Shown: piece after piece, positions 37,985 through 51,861 of the stretch
How positions within the stretch are numbered: the first letter of the stretch is position 1
How the letters are laid out: every line of letters begins with the position of its first letter
From: Eledone cirrhosa
Taxonomy: Eukaryota
Direction: 5' to 3'
Assembly: GCA_964016885.1 (NCBI GenBank)
Contig: OZ024740.1
Coordinates: 90,768,001-90,832,000, forward strand
DNA length: 64,000 nucleotides
Notes under the pieces: model-generated
The model's database searches: none
Told to the model about the DNA's origin: nothing
What the model saw: the letters and a program-made list of their open reading frames with translations, nothing else
Program-made: the position numbers and the translations under genes

Positions 37985-38773
37985 AAAGTAAGTGAATTTG
38001 TCACTACTTTAAAACAATAGCTTACGGTCTTCAAAATGCTTTTAATTAAGCATAAAGTGTATTGCAAAATACATTATATATACATCCAAATATATTGCTA
38101 TTTCAGAGCTCCAATTCTAATTTTTATATATTTATAGATATATATATGTAAGAAGGGAGAAAAAAGACGATTATTAGGAATAACAAATATATTTTTTCCT
38201 TTATTTATTTATTTTTTCTGGGTTAGAAAATGTTTAAAACAAAATATTTTACGTTGTGTGTAATGTTAAGGTATTAGTTAATTTATATATTAATTAACAA
38301 TAGCATTGCTTTATTTATTTATTTATTTATATATTTAATAATTGTCAATTACCGGTTTCAGCATTTTAGGCATTATCAAAGAGGAGAATATGTATTGGTA
38401 TAAAATGTAGGGGAGAAGATAAGGTGATGTTGAATATGTTAAGGAAATAGGAAAGAAAGAATAATATTATTTACAAACAAGGTTTTTCATGTAAAAATAA
38501 TAAATAAAAAAGAGGGGGAATGTCGAACATGATAAAGTAATGTGAAAGAAAGAATAATATTATTTACAGGCATATTTCATGAGCATAAGCAGTCTAAAAT
38601 GTGTCATTATGGCAAGATCGGTTAGAAAACTTGTTCCATGATGGAGGAAAATGGTAGTCTGTATATATATATATCATCATCATCATCATCATTTTACGTC
38701 CGCGTATGCCTGCTAGCATGGGTTTGTGTGTGTGCATATATACATATATCCATTTATATATTCATAGACATGG

Positions 38774-38774
<1 letters not shown>

Positions 38775-38815
<41 letters not shown>

Positions 38816-38870
38816 CTACGTGTGTGTGTGCGTGTGTGTGCGTGTGCGTTTACGTGTGTGCGTGTGTGTG
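38775..38870. repeat. (TA)n/(GT)n microsatellite
   Basis: Read directly. Confidence 0.9.
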
Positions 38871-39285
38871 TATAATTACATCTGCTCACACTAACTTGTT
38901 GTTTCTGATAGTAATTCATAGATGATAATTATATAGTATAGAACGTTTAATTAATATGTTTGTTTTCATTACTTTTTGAAAATCGAGTTATAAATAAAAT
39001 AAAATATACTTCAATATACGCGCACTGATGGGATGTAACACATATCGGAAGTAATATTAGATTTACTATAAGACGAAACATTATATATTATAAGTATATA
39101 AATAGGAGTAAAGTAAATGATTTCAATACTTTATGATACAGCCACGTTTAGAAAGAATATAAAAGAAAACTGCGGGATGATGTCAAACAAGATTCTACAC
39201 ACGAAGAGATAGTATACACACACATATTACTTATATATATACATATACATGTAAATATAACTGTTTATATATATATATACATGTT

Positions 39286-39354
<69 letters not shown>

Positions 39355-41799
39355 ATATATATACGTATAAATATATTTATATATTTATCTGTAATTGTGA
39401 GATGATGTGTCGAGGAAATATATACGTAATTTATTTACTCTACGTGGGATATCGTGATATTGAACAAAATTTAAAAGTTAATGACATGACAGTTATAATC
39501 AAGGGAAACGCGAACCAAACGAAATTTTGACAATACACGTAAAATTAGGTAAAAAGTGTTCATGTCTAATTTCATAAATATGAATAAATGTAGATATCGA
39601 TAAAATTATCTCTGTACATTTCTCTCCAAATATAAAATATCTATTTATTTAGATATCTCTTTCACACACTCTCTCTCTCTCCCCCTCTCTCTCTCTCACA
39701 ATATCTCTCTTTCTTGAATATAAATATTAATATATATATAAAGGGAGACATAAATAGATAGATAGATATACTTATGTATGTATGCATAAATAAAGGAATA
39801 TGTCTTTATATACATGCAGTTGTGTACGTTTATGTCTTCACATGCGAATAGATGCCTGTATGTAATAACGTAGAAGCCTGGACGTGCCTACATCTGATTT
39901 CAATGATCTATTTTAGGGCCAGTATCTTCACACACAATTATAATATCCCCCACAATATATATTTTTCTTAGTTTCCTTCTTTCAACCCCTGTCCAAAACG
40001 TGATTTCCTATATTAAAACATCTGTACAGAATAACCTATAATTGTATTTCCACAAACAAATGGCACTAAAGTCTTTAAACATTCGGTGCTCAATAATTCC
40101 TATAAAACATACCACCAGAAAACCAATTGAAAACAAAATATCAACAATTTTACATATATGTTCTATTGTATATATTTTCTATTATTAAAAAAAAAAAAAA
40201 AAATAAAATTATAGTGCCCTTTATTTTCCACGCCAAATCCATCTCTGCTATTACGGAATTAAGAAAGAAACAAACAATGTGCATTGATTGTTTCATGAGA
40301 AAATATCTCAGTGAATATTTGCCAAGCTGGCTTGTTATAAGAAGAAAATTCTTACAAATTGCTGACCCATATGTTCACTAAACATACTAACATTCACTGT
40401 TTTCTTTTAAAAAAAAAAAAATAAAGTGTTGTCTAAACACCTGAAATTCAATATCGGTGACATTGATATGTCTAGTGCTTGAAGCTGTGTTGAAAGTGTG
40501 GTGATATGCATGTAGTAGTTGTGAGGCTTGTAGAATACATTGTTGCTATTGCTCATAATTTATTTTTTCCAGTCACGAAACTGAACTTCGAGTTCGTCAA
40601 TATTATGTAGTTAAAGATGTAAGTATACATATAGGCAGCCTATATAATCACTACTCGACATAGAAACACTAATTCGTATCGTCACAATTCTTCATTTACG
40701 AATACACTTATTAACATATAACTGAAGGTCTCTTCCTCACTTCCAGATAAACATAACAAATAAAAGGAATGCCTCTTACTAATACACATGAAAACCACTT
40801 ACCAAGCCAGAAACGAATCTTAAAATAGAGAAAGTTTTAGATACACAACGGAGACAAATATCGATGCTATTTCTATGCTATTTTTAAATGCTTAACACCT
40901 GTTCTAATTTATATCAGCGTACCTCCGTCTCTATCTTAATTCAAGGTATGTGTTGTCTAAAAATAACTATACACACTTAAATATATAACACATATTTTGC
41001 ATATGTAATAAACCAACTACATGCCGTATTTTATGTCTGAGAAATAGACAACAATCCAAGCCTTATTTGCGATATTTACGAAGGATTAGAAGTGGATGAA
41101 AATGGTTAATACATCACCCCGATGTTCAGACGACTCTGTTTCAAACATTGATTTTCTTTTTTGTGTGCGTATGTGTGTGGGGGTGTTACATATTCCTCGA
41201 CTTATATTCGAGTGTATACGGCGATTTTATTAATTAATTAAAACAATCTAATTTTTAGATAATATTATATTTTATTCCACTTTTACCACGTCCTTGAATC
41301 GCAAACCGCTTTATAAAAAAAATATATATATATTTGGCAACTTTATCAGATATTCATTCATCTCGTATTTTTTAATCCTTGATTCATGTTATATACAAAT
41401 CCAACTTTATATGCAAGAGTATGGATTTTTAATTCATTAGTTCTTTTTTGTATTCAGAGGTTATCAGAATGGAAGTTTTCGGCACATGATGTCTTTGAAA
41501 TATTCCTCGTTATACACTAGATCTTCAAATGTATGAGGTATTTTAGAGGTAATTAAAAAATAAATCATTTGTACCCGACACATATATTTGTATATATTTT
41601 TAATGCGCCAACATTGAACACATCGTTGCATACAGGGAACCATGTCACTAAAGATAATTTATTCTAATTTATTACTAGAAAATTATTTCTAAGCAATTTA
41701 TAGAGATTTAGACCAGACACCGAAGTTCATCTAATAAGTAAAATCTTAATAATCCTTCCCACGTTTCGATAATGTGGGAAAAGGAAGAGGTTGTGACCA

Positions 41800-42240
41800 A
41801 CACAAATTAGACCAGGCAAGCCAACCTTTCTGTTTGGTCATGAATCTGTAGGAATAACTGATATAATACGTTCGCAAATACAAGCAGCCTAAATGGGATT
41901 CCTCTCAAGAGTAATCGGAGCAACGTTACTCGATATAATGCATAGCTCGGTGAGCAGTGATGTGATCGAGTTAGAAATTAGAGGACAGAGATCTGATGCT
42001 TCGGGCACGTGGTTAGAATCTCAAGGAATAATCGCTGGACAAATTTTACGGACAAAACAAGTCAGGAGAACCAGGGTTGGTGCGAGAGTAATATGGTTGG
42101 ATACAATCTTTGAGCTCGACTTGTCTTACTTCGAAATCCATCTGAAACAATTGACAGGCAATACAGGTTGGTGTGGTCACAGCTCTTCCCCAAATATCTC
42201 CCAAGAAGAAATGGGTGATGAAGAAGAAGACGAAGAAAAT
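41800..42240 (+). mobile_element. Decayed RTE-clade LINE 3' fragment
   Basis: GHES..T..IRSQIQAA*MGFLSRVIGATLLD resembles the post-RT region of RTE elements; ends in a (GAA/GAT)n tail. Confidence 0.65.
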
Positions 42241-42269
42241 AAGTGAAAATAAAAAGACATAATAATAAT

Positions 42270-42705
42270 AATTGTTTCTACTTTTTGGTGATATTTCTTT
42301 TTGGTGATATTTTGGTGATATTTTAGGCAAAGTGAACCTCGGCGGGATTTCAACTCAGACCGTAGAGGGAAGTAACTGTGCTGCAAAGCATGGCGCCCGA
42401 CCCTCTACCGATACTGCCAATCCAAATGATAATAATAATAATAATGGTTTCTTATATAGGCGCATGGCCGTTAATTTGGGGGAGAGGAAAGTCGATTAAA
42501 TCGAGCCCAGTGCGTGACTGGTACTTTATTTTATCGACCCCATAAGGCGGGATTTGAGATCAAATCATAAACAGTCGTAACTCTATACTGCAAAGCATGG
42601 CGTCCGACCCTCTACCGATAATGCCAATCCACCGACCTTCGGCGGTGTAATAATAATAACAATAATAATTGCTTCTAATTTGGGCACAAGGCCAGCAATT
42701 ACCCA
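42270..42705 (-). mobile_element. Cluster of three SINE copies or fragments (42270-42425, 42445-42635, 42668-42705) separated by (AAT)n
   Basis: Homologous to 5318-5505; each 3' end runs into (ATT)n on its sense strand. Confidence 0.8.
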
Positions 42706-42710
42706 TTGCA

Positions 42711-45700
42711 GGTTTCTTTATAGGCCAAAAAGGCTGACACAAAGAAAAAACATTAGAGACGGCACAGAACAGTACAGGATGATACAAAGTGGGTTCTTGT
42801 CGTGTGAACAGGTTATAACAAAATCGGGCTAGAAATCCAAAAAAATTCAAACAACAAACATTCCCCAAGAAGGGGTAAACCTCCGAGGGTCACTCGTGGT
42901 GAAAACCACACACAAGACAACGGCCACCTTGACCACCAGGACAAGCGCCTCCTCTCACTTTTCTCACTCCTCAGTCTACAGGCGTATACTCAGAGCGGGC
43001 CCGTTCAGTCGGACCAGACTCGCAACTTTCACCCACCTTTCAACAAACTTACTAGAATACAGTTCTTGCCTCTCCCCCCTGATTTTCCTATTCAAGTGAA
43101 ACAAAAAACATTTAATCAGGGATTGGCCGAAGAGGAAAGTGTCCGTCTTCAACTCTTTCAACCTTGTCCACCACACAATCTCTTTCGGCATGGCCACCAG
43201 GCAGATGGAAACTGCCTGCCCTTCCTCCTCTATAAAGAAGGGTGGCGGGGTTATCTGCACAATGCACTCAGTCGATCCGTCCTACACGCGGCTGCAGCTG
43301 TTCGACATGGTTTCGTAGCCCTGCGCGCATCTCAGACAAGCTCGGCTGACAACACCTCCGTGCCTGTAGACCTTATCCCGAACCGGCAACGCTCCCCGGT
43401 AGCACTGTCTGGCTAGGGATTTCTGAAACTTGTCCATAGGCCCTGGTCTGAAAGTTCTCTTGAAGAGAGCGAACAGCTGATCGTCTTCGACGCCCAGGGT
43501 CTCCTCGAGTACGTCGTCGCTCTTTCCTTCCACTAGCTCTCTATAGAACACCAAGGTATGTTCCACCGATACTATTGCCCAGCTGGTAAAGGGCGGTGAT
43601 AGCTTGGAGACATTCCAGCTTCCAAGTGCTATTCATCGGTCTTTTCCTGATCCAGGACTGCAGCTCCGTCAAGGAGCCGAGCTGGGGAACAGCGTGTCTA
43701 GCAAACGACGACCACACTTGTTCACCGTCAAGGAAGCATCAGAGATGTCGCAGCCTCAGCGACTTTTGCGCTCATCAGCCACGGCATATCTAGTCCTCCA
43801 CGCAACGGGTGTTGACAGCAAATGGATCGGCTGACCATGGGAGCACGTCCCTTCCACAAAAAGTGGAAGAGAAGGCGCTCCATTTTGGTCAGATTGGGAG
43901 GGGACAAGTTACGTCTCCAATGTATGCAGTAAGCGCTGGAGGGCCATTACGTACAAGAGGGACGAGAGCGGGCATCCCTGTCGGATCGAGCGTATGATGC
44001 TGAAAGGCTGCGACAGGTGACCATTCACCTTCACGATCGAGCAGATGTCGCTATGCATCGCAGCGATCCAGCCCCTAAAAACAGGCCCGAATCTGGCCGC
44101 CTCGAGGACCGCAGCCAGGTACCGATGGTCAACCCTATCAAATGCTTTTGATTGATCCAAGTTGATCAGGGCCCCACCCGTGTCAGGTTCCTTAACCACC
44201 TTCTCTATGATATATCGCATGAGATGGAGGTTGTCGTGGATGGATCTATCGGAAATGGCGCGATTCTTCGCCTGTCCCACCAGTTCACCGACGACAAGCG
44301 CCAATATATTTGCTAACAACATGGCCAAAATCTTTAACTCTGCGTTCAGCAGAGTTATGGGCCTGAAGTTGTCTATAACGTCTCCCTTGTTCGGGTCTTT
44401 TCTAAGCAGCTCCACCGCTCCACGGCTCACAAAACTGGGAATGCTCCCGTCCTGCTGCCAGTTGGAGTAGACATATGCCAAGAGGTTGCTTACCAAGTCT
44501 GGCTTATACGCTTAATTCTCTTAGGGCTGATCATCCAAACCTGGCGATTTACGATATCCCTCGTGCAGTCAGACATCGCTTTCCGTATTTCACCTGTTGT
44601 TATCAACTTTTCGCAGCACTGCGCAGCGGTCGTCGAGAGCCGCGGCAGTCCGTCGATGTATGCACCGAAGTCCATCCTCCGAACCGGCCCGCCGACGCTC
44701 CCAAAGAATTGAGCAAAGTGCTGTTGAAAAAGCCGCACACATCTGCTCGGGTTCGAGCAACAAACGCCCATTTTTTTCAGGCAAAGACAGAATTGTGAAC
44801 TTGTTGCCACGTCGCGCCTCCACCACGCGGTCCCATTGAACACTTTCGTCCCCTCGTGTGTTAGCGCATGCGCGCTAGCTCTGACAACGCAGCATTCATG
44901 CTTTGCGTTGAAGAATTGTTCCAGTTCCAATCTTGCCGCAAGTACGTCAATTGCGATGCCTGTCCTAAACGCCTCTTCTAGCTTTCTAACTAACTCGTCC
45001 TCTTCTCTATTTTCCTCTATTACTAATCCTTTGCTAAACCTTATCGATTCTACTCTAATAGCCCTTTTCAGGGTAAACCAACACCTGTTGTTGACGATCG
45101 CACCCGTCAACGCACGATTAACTAATTGGCTAATCCTGTCTCTGTAAGCATTTCGCGCTGGGAACGACGCGTTCAGATTCCAGTAGCCGGGTCCTTTCCT
45201 ATGGAGTCTATCTAAGTCAACTTCACAATAAAAAAATATGTGGTCCGCTAAGTCGACTAATTTAAATGGTGGTCAACCTATACTAGCCTGATCTGTTTCC
45301 CTACAGAATACTCTATCTAAATACGATCTGGATGACCCGATGCTGTTTGCCAATGTCCGCATTGGCACATTCGGATAATCCAGTCTATATCTGTTGGACA
45401 GTTCAAAATGTCTGAGCTGGTTGTTGAGGCTTTTACACCCTCCTGCCCTGTCTACTAGCCCCAAATAATCCCAGCGTGCATCTAAGATACCGTTCCAGTC
45501 GCCAACTAACACTAAAGAGCGGGACGTTTCAAGAAAGGTCTCTAGATGTCTGAAGATATCCGGCCGTCCTGCCCATGTTGGGGCGTAACGGCTACTAGCC
45601 TGAAAGCAGGGCTTTCGCTGCCGATCATCTCCGACTTGCCTTCTGGGTCCAGGAAGAGGGCCCGTATGGCGAGATCAAAGCCTCTCCGAAAAAGCACTGC

Positions 45701-48149
45701 AACCCCTCCCTCCGATCCTGGACGGCTGGATATGCGTATACATCGTAGCCGCCGAAGATCGGTGCGAAGGGTTGTGCTTAGGAGATTCTGGTCTCACTGA
45801 TGGCCATCACATCTATGTTTAGTGACCTGAGGTCGTTGAGAAGGTGACCGTGCTTACAAGATGACCCCAGGCCACGTATATTTATACTGCCTCTTCTAAG
45901 TACGGCCATCTTGGATGAGAAACGGGGTAAGTGAGAAAGGATCACTTACCTTTTTACGTGTGGTGAAGGGCCAGTAGAACCGTCCCTTTGGCTGCTCATG
46001 GGTGTTTCCAAGAGGATGTCGGTGTATATCCTCTTGGTAACCGACCTTCTGAAGTCTCCAACAGCGTTGGGGTATTTTGCTTTAAACGTTCGTAATGTTC
46101 TATTGAGATTTCAATGATGCTTATGGTTGTCGGGAGAGTTCTTGGTGTTGGTGGGATTGAGTAGTTTTGTTTCTGTGATGTCTGTGTGCTGCTCTATATG
46201 TTCTACGATTTCTTTATTTGCCGTGTTTATAGCTGAGTACTTTTTTGGGGGGAGGGGCGATTTTGTTCGTGTTTTTTTCTTGTTGCTGTTGGGTTGGTGT
46301 GTCTTGCTGTCTTTACGATGTTGGTGTTTTGGGTGATGCTGGTGGTTGTGTGGTTGTTGTTGGTGGTGATGCTCGTGGTGGTGATGGCGATGGTGGTGGT
46401 TTTGCTGCAAGTCTCCTTGCAACCTTTAGCCCTCTTTGTCTGCCTTCGTTTTGGAGGGTGAAGCTAAAGGGTTTTTTTGTTTTATTGTTTTTTGTGGCAG
46501 ACCATTTACCACTCAATCCCGCCTCACACTCCATATCGGACCCCGCGGCGCCCGAGAGGGGTATGAGCTCCACTGCTGTTAGCGGTGGTAGTGGAGCCCG
46601 CTCCGCGATTTTACCACCGTGGTAGCTATTGCGACTGTTGGTGTTGCCGCCACTGCTGCCACTGCTTTAGTTGTCCGTAGCCTTGTTATGGGTGCCACGG
46701 ACGTTGCCCTCTTACTCACCATGGAAGTGTCTTCTGCCTCTGTTGCCTGTCCTGCTCCTGGTAGCATCGTATCAGGCTTTGGAAGGAGGGAGGCCCTCTT
46801 CTTGGCTGCTTTCTGCGGGCAGACGGCCCTGAGGTGAATCTTCTGACCACAGAGATATCATTTTGGGTGCCTTCCTTCCACGCTTATAGGGAGTTGGAAC
46901 CCTTCTTCGAGGGCCATGTGGTCTTGGATGGTCTAGATATCACTCCTGGTCTGTCTGTATTAGCATGTGCATGCCTATTCCTGACCAGTTCTTATTTCCC
47001 TTTCTTTGTATTTGCAGTATGATGGTCTTCTCCTCGATTCCAGCCAGTACAGACGCGGTCAGCCAAGGTATGGGAACGTCGGGCAGGACCTGGGTCACTT
47101 TGACCCTCACAATTTTCTGCCCGCAGTAGGATGGCACCAACACTATCTCCCCACTCTTTAGGGTTTCCAAAGAGTGAGACTTCGCCAATTGGGGGTGGAG
47201 AAAAGTACGTCTAATGTGGCGTAGTTTTTGATCGGGTGATGTGAGCTTTGCGCGCCCACACGCACCCCAAGGCCCTTTGGAATTGAGCCTCCGTCGCTCT
47301 CTCCACCCGATGTGATATTTTGCTTACGGTGCGGTAAATCACCGTACGCAGCTGCTGTTCTTTGAAGAAATCGAGTGAAGGATTCAGGGAAACTCTTTTG
47401 TCGTTTCTCGACACCATGGCTCTTGCGACTGCCATCTCCCCCTCCGTGACTAGCACTGTCTCTATATTTCGGGCCACACCTACGAAGGAATTGGCCGCTT
47501 TTTCAGCAGCACAATTATTGCTGCCGCTAATGCTGCTACTGGTCTTGTTATTGGTGCTTTTGCTGTTGCTACTGCTACAAACGGTGTTGATGGTGTTGTT
47601 AGTGTTGTTACTGTTATCACTGTTGTAGTTGGTTGTGTTTTTGGTGCCACCGTTTTTGTTGTTTTCGGTGTAATTTTTATTGATGCTGTTGGTGTTGTCG
47701 TTGTTTATTTTCTCGTTACTGGTGTTAATATCGTTGTTGCATTTGTTATCTTTTTTTTTTATTGTCTGTATTTTGGTTGACGCTTTTATTGTTGTAGTTG
47801 GTGTGGTAATTTTTTCAAAATTAGTGTACTCAGTGTTTTCTTTTTTCACGTTTTTTGTGCTGGTGTCACTAACCCTTTTCTCAACTTCTACGCCGTTGTC
47901 AGACGACAGCAGACATATTGCTTGGGGGCGTGGCTAAGTCATGTTTCTTTTAAAACGATTTTTCTTTTTTTAAAAGTAAAATGTTCAAGTATTTGGGCCA
48001 AAAGTCACAACTATTATACTTTCCCCTTCACAGGGCAAATTTTAAGAGCTTATATCCCTTACACAACAAGAAATATTTAACAACAAATAACTTTAACAGG
48101 CAAATAAAGCGACTTACTGGGAGCGAGCAAAAAGCGTCCGAACAGACAG
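42711..48149 (-). mobile_element. Tx1/L1-clade LINE T3 (family B), with an internal deletion after the RT core (~43910)
   Basis: ORF1 pieces from ~47.9 kb to ~45.97 kb. ORF2 from ATG 45909 with GDWN, NFRPITLLN, LDQSKAFD, RQGCPLS and the C-terminal domain. The 5' end abuts (AAT)n. Confidence 0.92.
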
Positions 48150-48452
48150 ATAATAATAATAATGATAATAATAATGATTTCATTTATTAGCCACAAGGGC
48201 CGACATGAAGGGGACAATACAAAGACAGGGACAGTGGGGGTTTACAATAAGGTCGAGTAAAAGTGCACAATGGCACGACTAATTTAACAATGAAAATATA
48301 AAAGTATAAAATAAACTATGCAAACTATAACAAAATAAATTCCCCGATAGGGGGTGGACGACCCTGGGGTGATTCGGGTACCCCACCAATCCTGAACCAC
48401 CCTGCGATTCTAGGGCACCCAGGAGAGCCCCCCTCTCCTCAAGTTAGCCAAC

Positions 48453-51400
48453 CTATAGGCGCATGGTCAGAGTAGGCCCATTCACACGAGCCATTCTCGC
48501 CACATTCACCCACCTTTTAGCAAATGTACTAGGGGGCAGCACTTCTCTCTCCACCCTCACCCTCCTTTCCAGGTGAAACTTGAAGAAGTTGATGAGGGAT
48601 TGGCCGAAGAGAAAAATGTCTGTCTTTAGTCCTTTCAACCTGGTCGACCATATAATCTCTTTCGCAACTGCCACCAGACAGAGGAAAATGTCCTGCTCTT
48701 CCTGACCTAAGGAAAGTGGCGGCTCGATCTTCACTATGGACTCGGCCGATAACCGGATTCGTTCCACACGCGACAGTAGCTGTTCGACATAACTCCACAA
48801 GTCAGTAATGCACGGACATTGGACAAGTGCGTGCAGAACGGTTTCGTCGTTCTGTGCGCATCTTGGGCAGGTCCGTCTGACAGCACACCCGTGCCTGTAG
48901 AGTTTATTCCGAACCGGCAGTGCCCCCCGGTAGCACTGCCAAGCGAGGGATTTCTGGAAATTGTCCATCGTCCCCGGCTCAAAAGTCCTCCGGTACAGAC
49001 TGGTCAGTTCGACTTCGTCGAGGCCCAAAGCTTCTCCAAGTGCGTCATCGCACTTGCCCAGCACTAATCCTCTATAGAACTCGAGAGTGGAAGTTCCACT
49101 GATCGCATTGCCCGCTTGGTAGAGGGCAGTGAGTGCCTGGCAACATTGCAGGTGCCAGTCACCAAGTCTCGGTCTCTTCTTGACCCAGGACTGCAGCTCA
49201 GTCAAAGAAATGAGCTGCGGAAAGGCCCGTCTGATAAACGGCGACCACACCTGTTCACCATTGAGGCAGAATATCTGGAGATGCCGCAGCCTCAACGCAT
49301 GTCTGCGCATCATTAGCCACGGTGTGCCCAGCCCTCCGCGTAGAGGGTGCTGGCAGCAGATGGACCGCCTCACCAACAGAACTTGTCCCCTTCCACAAGA
49401 ATTTGAAGAGGAGCCGTTCCAAGTTGACGAGGTGCGGACGGGGGCAAGGCACGACAGTTAGGCGGTAATAGATGGCGGACGCGATGTACGCATTCGCCAC
49501 CTCCGCGCGACCTTTCAGTGATAGCTTCCTCCCAGCCCATTTTTGGGTGAGACTGGCTACTCTGCTCGTTACCTCGTCCCAATTCTTTTCCACCTGGAGG
49601 TCTGGTCCGAACCAAACCCCGAGCAACTTTACTGGTCCGTCCGTCCAGCGCCCCACGACGCTGTTGGACGGCATGGGCTTGCCTCTCCAGGTTCCGAGCT
49701 GCAAGCCCACCGACTTTTCCGGGTTAAGTTTGGCTCCTGTCAACCTTTCATGTTCCTTCAATAAGGTGCCGACCACCTCAATAAGGTATTCGACACCATC
49801 ACGGTGATGTCGTCCGCATAAGCGGACACCGCCTTTCCACGTCCCGGTTCGAGCGGGATTCCCTGCAACAGCTCCAGCTTCCGCAGTAAAAGCTCGAGAG
49901 TCAATACGTACAGAAGGGAAGAGAGAGGGCACCCTTGACGGACAAATCGGGAGAGCCGAAATGGTTCCGAGAGGTGGCCATTAACCTTGACCACCGAGCG
50001 TGTGCCGCTGTGCATTGCAACGATCCAGCTTCTAAAGACAGGGCCGAAGCCAGCTGCTTTGAGGATAAACTCCAGATACCGATGGTCGACCCTATCGAAT
50101 GCTTTCGATTGATCTAAATTGATCAGTGCCCCACCGAAGCCAGGTTTACACCCTACCCTCTCTATGATGTATCGCATGAGGTGGAGATTGTCGTGTATGG
50201 ACCTGGCTGGGATTGCGCAAGTTTGCGCCTCCCCAACCAAATCCTCGACGACAAGCGCCAATCTCTTTGCTAACACCTTGGCCAAAATCTTAAACTCTGT
50301 GTTGAGCAGAGTTATGGGCCTGAAGTTGTCTAATGTATCCCTCTTGTTCTCGTCATTCCTTATCAGCGTCACCACACCCCTGCTCACAGAACTGGGAATA
50401 CTCCCATTCTGCTGCCAGTTACAGTAGAGTGCTTCGAGGAGTTCGGAGAACAAGTCTGGCATATTTATGTAAAGCTCGTAGGGCAGGCCATCCAAGCCGG
50501 GTGACTTGCGCCTCATGCAGCCGACAAGGGCGTCCTGAATTTCGGCTGAAGTAATCGGCCTTTCGCAGCGCTCAGCGTCGACCGTCGAGATGCGCGGCAA
50601 GCCGTCAAGGTAGGGACTGAAATCCGCTACTCTCTCTGACTCGCCACTCTCCCCGAACAACCGAGCAAAGTGCTGGCGAAAGGCTTCACACATCCGCTTG
50701 GAATGGCTTATCTCGTGTCCGTCTCGGTCCGCCAAAGACCGAATTGTGGTTTTATTACCACGCTGCGCCTCCGTCACGCGGGCCCATCGAACAGCTTTAG
50801 TTCCCTCGTTTCTCAGCGCACGCACCTTAGCTCTGACAATGCAACCTTCGTGTTTGGCATTGAAGAAATGATCTAATGTCATTCTCGCCGCTAGCACGTC
50901 AATTGCGATTCCACTACAAATAGCCTCGTCTAACTTATCTACCAGCTCCCCCTCCTTTCTATTTTTCTCTAACGCTAGTTCTTTGCTGAACTCTATCGAA
51001 GTTACTCTAATCTCTCTTTTGAGAGCCCCCCACCATCTGTTGTTGATGATCCACCCTGTCAACTTTTGCTTAACTAACTTATTGACTCGGTCCCTGTAAG
51101 CCTTACGTGCCGGAAATGACATGTTCAGCTTCCAGTAACCCGGTCCTAACTTACGCGTTTTATTTAGGTCGACCGTACAGATCACAAATTTGTGATCTGA
51201 ATAGGCGACCGTTTTAAAAAGTGGACAGCCCACACTATTTCTATCTATTTTCCTAATGAAGATTCTGTCTATATACGATCTAGATGACCCCATTCGGTTG
51301 GTCCATATGCATACTGGCACATTGGGGAAATCTAGTCGATACCTGTCAGACAGTTGGAACTGGTGCTTGAGGCTTTTGCACCCTCCGCTCCTATCGGCTA

Positions 51401-51852
51401 CTCCCACACAATTCCAGCGTGCGTCTAAGATGCCATTCCAGTCCCCCGCTAACAGTAAAGGGCGAGACGTACCCAGAAAGGTCTCCAGGCGTCTAAAGAA
51501 GTCAGGTCGTCCGGCCCCTGTAGGGGCGTAGACGGCCAGCAGTCTAAAGGCACCACCTTCGCTACTGCTCACATCCAAGACCACCAACTTACCGTCCGGG
51601 TCCCGGAAGATCGAGATCCAGTCCTTTCCTAAACAGCACTGCCATCCCACCCCCCATTCCCGGCCTGCTAACAGATGCAAAGATCTGATAGTCGTCGAAA
51701 ATGGGGGCTAGTGCACGCGTGTCGGAAATTCTGGTCTCGCTTACGGCAATCACATCCATTTCCAGCGACCGGAGGTCGTTTAGCAGGCGACCCTGCTTCC
51801 AGGATGACCCCAGGCCGCGAACATTTAAACTTCCTACTCTTAATATGGCCAT
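48453..51852 (-). pseudogene. T4 ORF2: APE endonuclease, RT, C-terminal Cys/His domain (about three frameshifts)
   Basis: GSLNVRG, VSET, YAP, GDWN, YIDRI, SDH; SPGLDG, NFRPITLLN, LDQSKAFDRV, RQGCPLS, YADD; CPRC..ETVLHALVQC. Confidence 0.92.
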
Positions 51853-51861
51853 ATTGGTAAG

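Larger units (their letters stand above)
36205..38125. repeat. ~320-bp tandem array with one hammerhead per unit (candidate retrozyme): ~2 units on the minus strand, 4 units plus a stub on the plus strand
   Basis: Period 318-322 bp (plus-strand core starts at 36961, 37283, 37601, 37921; minus-strand units 320 bp apart). Orientation flips at ~36811. No ORFs; units are separated by short (TA)n. Confidence 0.95.

Noticed and set aside
36205-38125. CRISPR array or plain satellite interpretation
   Set aside because: There are no unique spacers, whole 320-bp units repeat, the context is eukaryotic and no cas genes are present. The conserved hammerhead fold argues against an inert satellite.
39500-41750. 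Host exons in the AT-rich unique stretch
   Set aside because: No ORF with a recognisable domain and no consistent splice pattern; small exons cannot be excluded without RNA data.
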